DNA of 64,000 bases from Desulfatiglandales bacterium (GTDB lineage Bacteria; Desulfobacterota; DSM-4660; Desulfatiglandales; Desulfatiglandaceae). The notes under the pieces are model-generated. The model had not been told where the DNA came from. It searched no databases and saw only the letters and a list, made by a program, of their open reading frames with translations. Positions 21,466-31,603 of the stretch are shown here, one piece after another. Both the position numbers and the translations under genes were made by a program. Numbering within the stretch: the stretch's first letter is position 1; the number at the start of each line of letters is the position of its first letter. The stretch covers positions 608,001-672,000 of the forward strand of contig OY762721.1 in the NCBI GenBank assembly GCA_963666345.1. The letters are read 5' to 3'.

Positions 21466-24039
21466 TTACAAGTTGTCCTGTCGAGATGTCTCAGGTTTGT
21501 ACCCTTCAGATAAGGGATTGCCCTCAGAATTCATAATAACTTTCTGAGGATTTTCCCTTTCGTGATTCTCCAGGGCCTTTTCAAGTCCCTTTCTTTCAGC
21601 CTCATCAAGAGAAAGCCACCCGAGTCTTCCCCTGCACTTGGGAAACTTCGAGCAACTGAGCCAGGGGCCGCGCGCGCCACGCCTGAGATTCATCGCACCT
21701 CCACACTTTGGGCAGGAAAGATCGGTTGTAAGCGGCGGTGCCTTGGGCAGACTGATTCCGCCCTTTTTGTCAAGCTTTACAATCCCCTTGCACTCCGGGT
21801 ACCTCCTGCAACTCAGAAACGGCCCGAAACGGCCTTTTCTAATAGTCATGGGCTCACCGCACTCCGGACAACAGACATCGGTTTCTTCAGGTTCCACAGG
21901 GGTCCCTTCTCTGTCAATAGGTGCCGCATATTTGCATTCCGGGTATCCGGCGCAACTCAAAAAACGGCCGTTTTTCCCGAAACGGTAGACCGTATCGCCT
22001 CCACATTCAGGGCATTTATGGGGTGCGGGGCTTGTCTCAGCCTTTGCATGGCCCATATCCTCATAAGCCGCATCCAGACGATTCTTAAACGGGCCGTAGA
22101 AACCATTCAGCATCTCCACCCAGTCGGCATGTTTATCCTCAACGTTATCAAGCTGCTGCTCCATGTCACGGGTATATCCGACTTGAAGGATCTCAGGGAA
22201 GGCCTCTATCAATTTATCCGTAACCACCTTGCCCAGGTCAGTTGCATAAAAACGATTATTCATTTTTTCCGCATACTTACGCGCTTGGATAACCTGAATT
22301 ATCTGAGCATAGGTACTCGGCCTTCCTATCCCTTCCGATTCGAGTTTTTTTACCAAAGATGCCTCGGTATATCTAGGGGGTGGCGAGGTAAAATGCTGTG
22401 CCGGATCGACATGGAACGCTGAAAGCGACCGGTTTTCCTCCAGATAAGGCATGAGTACATCATCATGATTATTGGCAGCCCCGGCTATCTTGTAAAAGCC
22501 GTCAAATACGAGCACACGACCTGTTGCGCGGAAGACAATTTCTTCGCCTTCACCCGGGCCGGTCAAATGAACGGTAGTAGCATCCCACTGGGCGTCAGAG
22601 ATCTGGCTGGACACGAACCTTTCCCAAATGAGTTTGTAGAGTCTGTAATGGTTGTCTTTAAGAGATTTCCGGACATCCTCGGGGTAAATTTTTACATCTG
22701 TAGGTCTGATGGCCTCATGCGCCTCCTGGGCGGATTTATTGGAAGATGAAAAAAAGTTCGCCTTTTCGGGAAGATATTTTCCCCCAAGATGTGACGAGAT
22801 ATAATCTCTTGCACTATTAATCGCCTCAGGAGATATAAATGTTGAATCTGTTCTCATGTAAGTTATTAGCCCTACTGAACCCATATCTGCCACGGGAACA
22901 CCTTCATACAGGGCCTGCGCAATCCGCATGGTTGAATGGGCGGTAAAGCCGAGCTGGTTGGAGGCAGTCTGCTGAAGGGTACTTGTGATGAATGGGGCGG
23001 GGGGATGACTCTTGGTTCTCTTGGTCTGAATCGACTTGATCTTCCATCTGCTGTCTTCCGACATGGTCCCTTTGAGTGTTATGACGCGCCTGGCAGGCCC
23101 CTTGGCTTTCGGGTCATCCTGCTCTATCTTTTCTTTAAGAATAAAACCCGACTTTTGAGCCGCATTAAGGGCCGTTTCAAAATCATGGGCATTAAATTTA
23201 CCTCCCCCGATCTCGATCAACTCCGCAGAGATGGAATCATGCTCAAAAAGCCATACATTTCTGTCTTTGAGCGAAGGTCCGTTGAATCTTTTACCGTTTT
23301 TTTTCTTCTTTTGACTGGAAAGCCAGTTCAACCATTCCTTTTCAAGATCATGAGTTTTGTCAAGAATCGTGAAACATCCGGTTATTTTCCAATACTCGGA
23401 AGGTGTAAAACCTTCTATCTCGCGCTCCCTTTCCACAACCAGTCGAGTTGCAACGGACTGGACCCTGCCGGCACTCAACCCTCCTGCAACCTTTTTCCAA
23501 AGCAGCGGAGAAACCTGATATCCTACTATCCGATCCAGAATTCTGCGTGCCTGCTGTGCGTTTACCTTGTCTATGTTGATGCCGCGAGGATTCTGAAATG
23601 CTTTTTCTATCTCCCCTTTTGTAATGGCATTGAAGACCACCCTTTTTGCCATCCCGGGCTCAATACCGAGAGCCTCTGCAAGATGCCAGGCGATAGCTTC
23701 TCCCTCACGATCAAGGTCGGTTGCAAGCCACACACCCGTAGCATGTCTTGCTGCCTTTTTCAGCTCTGTAACGGTCTTTCCCTTGCCCTTTATAATGCCG
23801 TATGTGGGATGAAAATCATTCATCAGGTCCACCCCGGGAACAGGATCCTTGACCCCTTTCGGGTTTTTGTCAGGCAGATCCCTGACATGTCCCACAGATG
23901 CCATTACAACAAAATCAGGTCCCAGATAACGGTTAATGGTCTTGGCTTTTGCAGGAGATTCAACTATGACGAGTTCCTTTTCTTTAACGTCAGCGCCTCT
24001 GGATCTTTTGCTTGTAGCAGTAGTATTTTTTTCAGCCAT
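21466..24039 (-). CDS. topA: DNA topoisomerase I (type IA) with C-terminal Zn ribbons
   Basis: IVESPAKAK, ATDLDREGEAI, SAGRVQS, ITYMRTDS, GIGRPSTY, three C4 ribbons. Start placed at ATG 24039. Confidence 0.96.
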   Translation of the reverse strand: MAEKNTTATSKRSRGADVKEKELVIVESPAKAKTINRYLGPDFVVMASVGHVRDLPDKNPKGVKDPVPGVDLMNDFHPTYGIIKGKGKTVTELKKAARHATGVWLATDLDREGEAIAWHLAEALGIEPGMAKRVVFNAITKGEIEKAFQNPRGINIDKVNAQQARRILDRIVGYQVSPLLWKKVAGGLSAGRVQSVATRLVVEREREIEGFTPSEYWKITGCFTILDKTHDLEKEWLNWLSSQKKKKNGKRFNGPSLKDRNVWLFEHDSISAELIEIGGGKFNAHDFETALNAAQKSGFILKEKIEQDDPKAKGPARRVITLKGTMSEDSRWKIKSIQTKRTKSHPPAPFITSTLQQTASNQLGFTAHSTMRIAQALYEGVPVADMGSVGLITYMRTDSTFISPEAINSARDYISSHLGGKYLPEKANFFSSSNKSAQEAHEAIRPTDVKIYPEDVRKSLKDNHYRLYKLIWERFVSSQISDAQWDATTVHLTGPGEGEEIVFRATGRVLVFDGFYKIAGAANNHDDVLMPYLEENRSLSAFHVDPAQHFTSPPPRYTEASLVKKLESEGIGRPSTYAQIIQVIQARKYAEKMNNRFYATDLGKVVTDKLIEAFPEILQVGYTRDMEQQLDNVEDKHADWVEMLNGFYGPFKNRLDAAYEDMGHAKAETSPAPHKCPECGGDTVYRFGKNGRFLSCAGYPECKYAAPIDREGTPVEPEETDVCCPECGEPMTIRKGRFGPFLSCRRYPECKGIVKLDKKGGISLPKAPPLTTDLSCPKCGGAMNLRRGARGPWLSCSKFPKCRGRLGWLSLDEAERKGLEKALENHERENPQKVIMNSEGNPLSEGYKPETSRQDNL

Positions 24040-24085
24040 TTTTTTCCAATGTCTATTAAATGTTTTCAGGGTAACTTTTTCAGGT

Positions 24086-25195
24086 TTACCTAACAAATAC
24101 CTTTCCGGGAAGCTGTTTGACCGCACCTTTCAATTCCAGCTTCATCAATATACTTGAAACCACTCCGGGATCCAAGCCTGAGCTACGCGCGATATCGTCC
24201 AGGTGAAGGGGATAGTCACTGAGGATATCAAATATTTTTTTCTCAACATCATCCATTCCGTGAACCGATTCTGCCGTTTCAGACATACCTGTCTCATGTC
24301 TCAAGGCATCCTTTTTGAACCTGAATTCCTCAAGGATATCATCAGCAGTCTCCACTAGTTTTGCGCCCTGCTTTATGAGAAGATGTGTGCCAGTACTCTT
24401 GAAAGAATTGATGCTGCCAGGTACTGAAAAAACTTCTCTGCCCTGATCTAAGGCAAATGATGCGGTAATGAGGGAACCGCTTTTGAGTGTCGCCTCAACC
24501 ACCACCACACCCCTGCTAAGTCCGCTTATAATCCTGTTCCTTATGGGAAAATTTCTCGGTTCAGGAGGGGTGCCTACAGGGAATTCTGAAACAACGAGGC
24601 CCAACGCCTCTATCTTTTTTCTTAATTGCCTGTTAGGCACCGGGTAATCGATGTCAAGACCGGCACCCAGCACGGCCATTGTAAAACCCTTGCCCAAAAG
24701 GCTTCCTTGATGGGCCGAAGCATCTATTCCTACAGCCATGCCGCTCACAACGCCCACTTTTTTCAAGGCCAGTCCCCGGCCTATTCTTTCGGCAACCTTG
24801 ATCCCGTAATGAGTGGGATTCCTTGAACCTACAATTGCGATAAAATCCATATCCGGTGGGAAATCGGCCCCTTTAAGATACAAAATAACCGGTGGGCTAT
24901 TAATCTCACGCAATAACGGTGGATAGGATTCGTCTCCAAAGGATATAATTCTGGCATTTAAATGATGTGCCTTCTCCAGTTCACCTTCCGGTTCGGTAAT
25001 GCATTCCCTTTTCGTAATCCTTCCCGCCACATCCTCGCGGATCCCATCTACCCTCATCAGCTCAGGAAGACCCGCCTCAAGGACATTTTCAGGGCTCCCA
25101 AACTTCTTAACAAGCCTCATGATCACACTATTCCCCAGGCCCTTGATCAGATAAAGGGTCAGCCATGACAATTTTTCTTCAGACTGCTTATCCAT
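24086..25195 (-). CDS. dprA: DNA-processing protein DprA
   Basis: AIVGSR, VSGMAVGID, FPIRNRIISGLS, SGSLITA, C-terminal LELKG. Confidence 0.95.
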   Translation of the reverse strand: MDKQSEEKLSWLTLYLIKGLGNSVIMRLVKKFGSPENVLEAGLPELMRVDGIREDVAGRITKRECITEPEGELEKAHHLNARIISFGDESYPPLLREINSPPVILYLKGADFPPDMDFIAIVGSRNPTHYGIKVAERIGRGLALKKVGVVSGMAVGIDASAHQGSLLGKGFTMAVLGAGLDIDYPVPNRQLRKKIEALGLVVSEFPVGTPPEPRNFPIRNRIISGLSRGVVVVEATLKSGSLITASFALDQGREVFSVPGSINSFKSTGTHLLIKQGAKLVETADDILEEFRFKKDALRHETGMSETAESVHGMDDVEKKIFDILSDYPLHLDDIARSSGLDPGVVSSILMKLELKGAVKQLPGKVFVR

Positions 25196-25333
25196 TGATA
25201 AAAAGGGGATAGGTGTTTAAGTCACAGAAGTATTGTTACTGCATTCCTTTAAGGACAGAGATGGCGGGAATTTAAATCAGAGTGTCATGATGGAGTCAAG
25301 TATTTTCTTTTTACAACAATAAAATATACTTGA

Positions 25334-26392
25334 TCAGTTTAAGGAGCAGCATGGCGCTATTTTGTGCAATTCCGGCCTATTATTCCAGTCGATGCTCCTC
25401 ACGTGGGAACCATTGGGAATCTCCTCCACAGAGGATAATACCACGGCTGTGGAACTATCGTTTCCTGCATCCACCACTATAAGATAGCCAAGGATCTTTT
25501 GCAGCAGGTTTGGCTGTGGCGCACCCACCTCTTTCCATTTCCGTAGAATTTCAAATAGACACCCCCTTCTGATTCCGCTTTTTTTCCCGCCGGCAAGGTA
25601 TATCACGGAATTTTTGCCTACGACCTGTCGCATTTTACCAAAAGCCGCGATATGGGTTTTTATCTCTTTTTCAAATGGTGAAGGGTATATGCAGGGTAAC
25701 ACGGATTTGTATTTGATGAGCGGAGCGCCGACGCTTACAGGGCTGATTGTCTCGGCTATCTCAGCCTTAAAAAGACCGGCATCCAGCTCTTCTTTCAGCA
25801 TAAGTCTTCCAAGAATCGAAACGACATAGCCTAAGGGCCCCCCTGAAACAGGGTCTTTCAACGGCATTGAATTATCATAAAACGCCAGGGTGTCTCCTGG
25901 TTTGCAATTGCCTTCATCTCTTACCCTGACCGTTACTGAATCGCCCTTGGCCAGTAGTATCAAGGTGGATTCAGAGGAACTCACATGTGCGGCAGGAACA
26001 GGTTTTTTCGAGGAAAGGAACCCGAGATATTCAAAGTTTGTAAAAGAGGACAGGTCCAAGGCCGATTTTGATCGTTTATCCATCTCGGCAGCTCCGGCAT
26101 CAGAAACCGGAGTCTTCTTGTAAACCGAAGAGCCCGCAGGCTCGGCCTCAAAAAGACTTATTTTATCACCAGGTTTCAACAGATGGGGATTTGTAACGAA
26201 GGTATTCATTTGCCACAGTTTTGGCCACAATTCGCTGTCTCCATAATACTTCTCACAAATGCTCCAGAGTGTATCGCCCTTCTCAACCATGTGGATCTGC
26301 TCCTGGGATAGGACAGGCCTTGCAGAAAAAAAGAACGATCCCGATAAGACAAATGCAAATAAGACTGATTTAAACAGGCATCTCTTTATCAC
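25334..26392 (-). CDS. LysM peptidoglycan-binding exported protein
   Basis: Signal peptide, VEKGDTLWSI...NPHLLKPGD. Conserved LysM-dprA context. Confidence 0.85.
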   Translation of the reverse strand: MIKRCLFKSVLFAFVLSGSFFFSARPVLSQEQIHMVEKGDTLWSICEKYYGDSELWPKLWQMNTFVTNPHLLKPGDKISLFEAEPAGSSVYKKTPVSDAGAAEMDKRSKSALDLSSFTNFEYLGFLSSKKPVPAAHVSSSESTLILLAKGDSVTVRVRDEGNCKPGDTLAFYDNSMPLKDPVSGGPLGYVVSILGRLMLKEELDAGLFKAEIAETISPVSVGAPLIKYKSVLPCIYPSPFEKEIKTHIAAFGKMRQVVGKNSVIYLAGGKKSGIRRGCLFEILRKWKEVGAPQPNLLQKILGYLIVVDAGNDSSTAVVLSSVEEIPNGSHVRSIDWNNRPELHKIAPCCSLN

Positions 26393-26644
26393 TTTCCTAC
26401 CCCCCCATTTTGTCTTGGTTCCAAAATACTGATTTATTGGTAAGTTACGTCTCTTTACATAAATTTGTCAAGGCCCTTTTAGTCTTGAATGATAAAAACA
26501 AATTGACTTTTATGAGGCATTCTTCCTTTATAAATACCTTTTGCACTCTTTACAAATTTCAATTATTTATTACACTATTTCATACCTTCAGATTCAATCT
26601 AAATTTTTGGTAATAAAAATTCTATTCGAACGTTGGATCTTAAC

Positions 26645-27013
26645 ATGCCGATTTATGAGTATGAAACAAAAAAACAGGGTAGTGGTTGCCCGAGATGTAT
26701 CACGCCCTTTGAAATAATCCAGGGGATGGGAGACCCTCCTCTTTCAAAATGCCCTGATTGCGGACAGAGCATAAAAAAGATTATATCATCCTGCCGTGCC
26801 GCAGTCATGGAGCCTGATACTGAAAACGGCAGAGTCGAAAAGCGGATAAAAGAATACGAAAAAAACAATATGTGGAGCCACGCAGCGGAACTGGCCGACA
26901 AGCATTCAGCAGAGACCTCTAATCAAGCCATGCGATCAAGGGCACTTGATAACTATAAGAAGGCAGGATACAATCCGAGTTCCATTGAAAAGCATTCTAA
27001 TGTTGATGATTAG
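26645..27013 (+). CDS. FmdB-like zinc ribbon protein
   Basis: MPIYEYE...CPRC...CPDCG...KIIS. Confidence 0.8.
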   Translation: MPIYEYETKKQGSGCPRCITPFEIIQGMGDPPLSKCPDCGQSIKKIISSCRAAVMEPDTENGRVEKRIKEYEKNNMWSHAAELADKHSAETSNQAMRSRALDNYKKAGYNPSSIEKHSNVDD

Positions 27014-27218
27014 TGCCGATCCGGGAATACTTTTGCCGCTTAAGCTCAACGGGTTATCAATCAAAATATCCGCCTATGAAGGATTAAAGTATATTTATTG
27101 AAGCCAATCGACGATTACCAGCATAACGGCGGCATCTTATTCCCATTTAACTGCAGTTCTTCCAATTTGCAGAGCCATTAATCTTTGGACATAAACATGG
27201 AAAAGGAGGATAAAATTA

Positions 27219-27431
27219 ATGGAAATTGAAAAGCTTGCTTACGGGAAGGGAAAATCCGAGGAGATCGAGATTAGCGGCACTTCTATCCCGGTTTCGGTCC
27301 TAAAAAACCTTATGGAGAAAGGTTATATCCATATAAAATCATACCAGGATGAAGGGACTTTTTCCCTATGGGGTAAAAGTTGTACCGGATGCTTTAGTTC
27401 CGAGGAATTAAGAGAAATGTCAAAGGGCTGA
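27219..27431 (+). CDS. Small hypothetical protein (CxxC near C-terminus)
   Basis: Strong AAGGAGGA RBS, 70 aa, no competing ORF. Confidence 0.65.
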   Translation: MEIEKLAYGKGKSEEIEISGTSIPVSVLKNLMEKGYIHIKSYQDEGTFSLWGKSCTGCFSSEELREMSKG

Positions 27432-27520
27432 AAAAGCCTTTTTTAAATATTTTCAGGTTGTCTTGGTATGAACTGCTATATGGCAAATATGCATAAATAT
27501 TCAGCAGATTGGGAGAATCC

Positions 27521-28135
27521 ATGGTTGATCTGATCATAAAGGGCGGCATTTTCATGTATCCCATCATCTTTTGTTCCATTGTTGCCCTGGCGGTGTTTTT
27601 GGAGCGTCTTTGGGTCCTCAGGCGTGAGCACATAATTCCGGACAAATTCATTCATCAGGTGGAGGAACTTCTCAAAAAACAAAAAATCTCCGAGGCGACA
27701 TATCTCTGCCAAAGTGATATCTCATCCATAGCAAAAATCTTTCTGGCAGGGCTAAAAAACAGTCAGAAAGGCATGTGGCTTGTCAAAGAGGCGATAGAAG
27801 AGAGAGGAAGCAGGGAGGCCACAATTTTGGAAAAAAATGTGGGCATATTATCAACCATAGCCAATCTGACGCCCCTTTTGGGTCTCCTGGGAACCGTATC
27901 CGGAATGATAAAGACATTTAATGTCATTTCTCTTCAAGGCGCAGGCAATCCGGCTCCTCTCGCCGCAGGCATTGCAGAGGCATTGATCACAACCGCAACA
28001 GGGCTGTCTATTGCAATACCAACACTTGTCTGTCATCGATTTCTGAGAGACAAGGCGAGCAACCTTATATTTGAGATGGAAGAGGATTCCATCAGGCTTG
28101 TAGAGCTTATGGAAAACTACAGCAAGATGGAGTAA
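27521..28135 (+). CDS. exbB: MotA/TolQ/ExbB proton channel protein
   Basis: PLLGLLGTVSGMI, GIAEALITTATGL. Confidence 0.88.
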   Translation: MVDLIIKGGIFMYPIIFCSIVALAVFLERLWVLRREHIIPDKFIHQVEELLKKQKISEATYLCQSDISSIAKIFLAGLKNSQKGMWLVKEAIEERGSREATILEKNVGILSTIANLTPLLGLLGTVSGMIKTFNVISLQGAGNPAPLAAGIAEALITTATGLSIAIPTLVCHRFLRDKASNLIFEMEEDSIRLVELMENYSKME

Positions 28136-28143
28136 GATTCTTA

Positions 28144-28560
28144 ATGAGATTTAGAAGATCAAGACATGACGAGCCGGGGCTTGGGATAACCCCCCTGATT
28201 GATATCGTATTTTTACTCCTCGTTTTTTTCATACTCACTTCTCAGTCCTACATCGTTTCCGGCCTTCCCATCACGCTTCCCAAAATGGGTCAGAAGGCCT
28301 CCCAAAAGCAAGTAGAAAAGATACACCTTGTTATCGACAGGAAAGGCGATACCTTCTATAATGGCAAAAACCGGGACCTCACTTTCTTGTTTAAGGAATT
28401 CAAGCGAATTTCTAAAAAGGATGACAGGATCAGACTTTTTCTTGAAGCTGATAAAGATGTCAGCCATGGAAGGGTAGTACAGGTCATGGATATCGCCAAA
28501 AGGGCCGGGATAAATGCCATAGTTATAGCCGCCCAGTGGGAACCACAGAAGGTAGAGTAA
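28144..28560 (+). CDS. exbD: ExbD/TolR biopolymer transport protein
   Basis: ITPLIDIVFLLLVFF, ADKDVSHGRVVQVMD. Confidence 0.88.
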   Translation: MRFRRSRHDEPGLGITPLIDIVFLLLVFFILTSQSYIVSGLPITLPKMGQKASQKQVEKIHLVIDRKGDTFYNGKNRDLTFLFKEFKRISKKDDRIRLFLEADKDVSHGRVVQVMDIAKRAGINAIVIAAQWEPQKVE

Positions 28561-28561
28561 A

Positions 28562-28933
28562 TTGAGTTCACAAAAGAGGAGTTTCTGGAAAATCCTTTTC
28601 ACTGTACTGTGCCTGCTTTTACCTGTCGCAGCCTGGCTGATATTCGGCGAACAGGGTCTTGTACACCTTTACAGGAGCGAATTGGAGCGTCAGGCCTGCA
28701 TTGACAGGATACGCAAGCTGGCCGACGAAAATCAGGCGCTGATTGAAGAAATCAAACGCCTTCGCACAGACATGAAACATGTGGAATCAATAGCAAGGCG
28801 GGAATTCAATCTGATCAAGAAAAACGAGGTTATTTACCGATTTGGGAATCAAAAATCTTACGATTACCCGTTAACACCCGGTTCGTCAGGCCCTGTTAAA
28901 GGGGCTGTAAAAAAGGAATCCAAAAGGGAATAG
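28562..28933 (+). CDS. ftsB: Septum formation initiator FtsB/DivIC
   Basis: TM segment + FGEQG + coiled coil + ESIARREFNLIKKNEVIY. Confidence 0.78.
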   Translation: MSSQKRSFWKILFTVLCLLLPVAAWLIFGEQGLVHLYRSELERQACIDRIRKLADENQALIEEIKRLRTDMKHVESIARREFNLIKKNEVIYRFGNQKSYDYPLTPGSSGPVKGAVKKESKRE

Positions 28934-28937
28934 ACCA

Positions 28938-29666
28938 ATGCTGAATAGAACAGATGAACTTTTCAATCTTATCTTGAATAACGGGCCCTCCGATAACACC
29001 CTTTTGCTGCTCCTCAATCAGTTTAAGAGCCAAGGGCGAACAGGAGAGATAATAAGGCGGTGCCTTGAGGCAAAAAAAAGAGGCTCAAATGGACCGGGCC
29101 TGGCTCTTCTGCTTGCCGAGGCCTATCTTGAAAAAGGTTTTGTCGGTCTTGCTGAAATCGAAATTTGTCGGGTGATTTCCGAGATTGAAAAATACAGCTC
29201 CGCCTACAGGCTGGCGGCAGAAATTCTTATAAGGAGAAACAGTCCTGAGGAGGCGACAAAACTTCTTGAGACATATCTTATTCATAATCCTGATGATACC
29301 GAGGCATCAGAACTGCTAAAAAATATCCGAACCGTAAAAGGCCGTCAAAACGAAACGGAGCATGACAATGTGCGAGTGGAGACATTTTCCAGCGATTTGG
29401 CATCACCAACTATTGCTGAAATTTACTATGAGCAGGGGCAGATCGATGAGGCTATAAATACCTACGAAATGATTCTTCTGAAAAGATCCGAAGACCAAAA
29501 GGCCAAAGAAAGGCTTGAAGAGCTAAAGACAATGAATTTGAGAGATAAAAAAGCCGTATCATCAGACGGTCGATCCGGCTCATACAACAAAAAGAGGATT
29601 AAGAACATCCTTGAGGGATGGATTTTTAGAATAAAGGAGCAGGTAATTGAACACCAGAGAACATAA
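28938..29666 (+). CDS. Tetratricopeptide repeat protein
   Basis: TPR-like segments (LAEAYLEKG, TIAEIYYEQGQIDEA). Confidence 0.75.
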   Translation: MLNRTDELFNLILNNGPSDNTLLLLLNQFKSQGRTGEIIRRCLEAKKRGSNGPGLALLLAEAYLEKGFVGLAEIEICRVISEIEKYSSAYRLAAEILIRRNSPEEATKLLETYLIHNPDDTEASELLKNIRTVKGRQNETEHDNVRVETFSSDLASPTIAEIYYEQGQIDEAINTYEMILLKRSEDQKAKERLEELKTMNLRDKKAVSSDGRSGSYNKKRIKNILEGWIFRIKEQVIEHQRT

Positions 29667-30690
29667 CTTTAATTTTTCAGCAACCGGCATAGGAAGTGTT
29701 CCTTTTTTTGAAGTGGAAGAAACATGCCGCAGAATAATCAGAAATACCCCTGAAGTGCCCTTCTGGCCACAGTTTGTAAACAGGGACTGTCATGAGGATA
29801 TGGTCATACAATATAGCCAAGGGCTCCCTCTTCTGGACATTATTGAGGAGAAAAGATCGCTTCAGATTTCAGACACACAGGATCGGGAAAATGCCCTGGT
29901 AGAATTTTATGACCACTTTCTGTCCCAGGACCTTGATCATTTCGCAATCAGCAGGGAATTTGCCCCCGGCTTATACTGGTTGACCGAGAATGTTGACCGA
30001 GATGAATCAGGTTACATAAAAGGTCAGACAGTGGGGCCTATAACCTTTGCAGCCGGCATAAGCGATCTGAACGGCAATGCGGTTTTGCATAATTCGGAAC
30101 TCTTTGAGGCCTTTACCCAAGGCCTTGCCATAAAGGCGTTGTGGCAGGTGAAAAAGCTTGCCAGCACAGGAAGAAAGACGATTATCTTTTTAGATGAACC
30201 ATATCTCTCAGGTTTCGGCTCCGCTTTTACATCGATACAGAGGCAGGACGTTATTCAAACATTGCAAACTGTGACCGATTATCTGAAAGGCAATTCCGAT
30301 ACCCTCGTAGGAATACACTGCTGCGGAAATTCCGATTGGCCGATGATACTGGACACACATATTGATATTATCAATTTCGACGCCTTTGAATTCATGGATC
30401 ATTTTCTGCTCTATCCAAATGAAATCTCTGATTTTCTGGAAAAAGGAGGCTCCATCGCCTGGGGGATTGTCCCGACAACCGGACTTACTTTGGAGCTAAC
30501 GGCGTCAGAACTTTTTGAAAGACTTGAAAAAGGGCTGAATAATTTGTCTAAAAAAGGAATTGATACTGGCATACTTGCCTCAAGCTCCCTGATTACTCCG
30601 GCATGCGGGATGGGGACCATGAATCCAAAACTGGCCGAAAGGGGAATAGATCTTTTATCGGAACTCAAATCGATGTGCGTTTCAGGGTGA
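29647..30690 (+). CDS. Core (folate-independent) methionine synthase-like protein, MetE C-terminal barrel only
   Basis: ATGIGS, PFWPQ, KGQTVGPIT, FLDEP, GIHCCG, IAWGIVP, ITPACG. 347 aa single barrel. Confidence 0.72.
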   Translation: MNTREHNFNFSATGIGSVPFFEVEETCRRIIRNTPEVPFWPQFVNRDCHEDMVIQYSQGLPLLDIIEEKRSLQISDTQDRENALVEFYDHFLSQDLDHFAISREFAPGLYWLTENVDRDESGYIKGQTVGPITFAAGISDLNGNAVLHNSELFEAFTQGLAIKALWQVKKLASTGRKTIIFLDEPYLSGFGSAFTSIQRQDVIQTLQTVTDYLKGNSDTLVGIHCCGNSDWPMILDTHIDIINFDAFEFMDHFLLYPNEISDFLEKGGSIAWGIVPTTGLTLELTASELFERLEKGLNNLSKKGIDTGILASSSLITPACGMGTMNPKLAERGIDLLSELKSMCVSG

Positions 30691-30698
30691 TAAATATA

Positions 30699-31184
30699 AT
30701 GCGCAAAAAGAATATCTTACCATTCCTCTTCGCTTTTATAATCTTAGCGATAACGGGTTGTGCCAGCCTTCAAAGAATCGAAAGCAGGCCTGTTATTACC
30801 CTTGCCAAGATTGAGATCGATGATGTAAGCAATTTTGAGACAACCCTTCTTATCGAACTCCGGGTATTTAATTCCAGTGAGGATGCTTTTCATGTGACAG
30901 GAATCGACTGTGAACTTGAATTGAATGGAAAAAGGTTTGCCAGGGGTATATCAAAGACCGATACTGAAATAGCCTCTTACTCCACCGCCAAAGTGCCGGT
31001 CACCATGTATTCATCTGTCATGGAGATGTTCAGGGGGATAATCAACATGAAGGGCAGGGAGGTCTTTACGTATCTTTTAACCGGTAATCTGCGCGTAAGG
31101 GATGAAAGCATTAATTCGGCTCTAATACCCTTCAGCTCTGAAGGTAACATGCCGATAGGTTTAAACAAAATCTTTTCAGAGTAA
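30699..31184 (+). CDS. LEA type 2 / WHy domain lipoprotein
   Basis: Lipobox ITGC, LRVFN, LELNGKRFARG. Confidence 0.8.
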   Translation: MRKKNILPFLFAFIILAITGCASLQRIESRPVITLAKIEIDDVSNFETTLLIELRVFNSSEDAFHVTGIDCELELNGKRFARGISKTDTEIASYSTAKVPVTMYSSVMEMFRGIINMKGREVFTYLLTGNLRVRDESINSALIPFSSEGNMPIGLNKIFSE

Positions 31185-31603
31185 TTTTCGTGTTTGGATT
31201 TCCAAGATATCAGAGGGCCGCCGGACATCCAGGCGGTCGAAACACACTTGATCCTATCTGCCAATCCGAAATGAATAAACTATTCCGGGCCAGAGGACCG
31301 GGACCCAAAGCGGGACAAATCAACTCCAAAATTTCAGCCGCTTTCAATTTTAGCAGATTGCAGGCATTTTCACCTGTCCTTTTGGACATGCCCACTTCTT
31401 CCAAACCGGTTCAAAAACCGGGGACATTAGTTGAAAAACAGCATCTAAAAAATAAGTTAGTGAAAAAATATAAAAACAGGATTGAATTCATTCCTCAAAT
31501 TATTATTTTTATAAAATGACATTTTATAAGGAATCTTTTTCATGATTGTCCTTTTAAGGCAAAAGTTAAAGAATTTAGAACATCTGGAAACAGGAGGAAG
31601 ATA

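Noticed and set aside
21562..24093. Long plus-strand ORFs (286 and 385 aa) antisense to topA
   Set aside because: No recognisable motifs; explained as antisense shadows of the topA codon pattern.
31190..31519. 109-aa ORF and other short ORFs in the LEA2-asmA spacer
   Set aside because: No RBS or motif; the frame runs into the AT-rich asmA promoter region.
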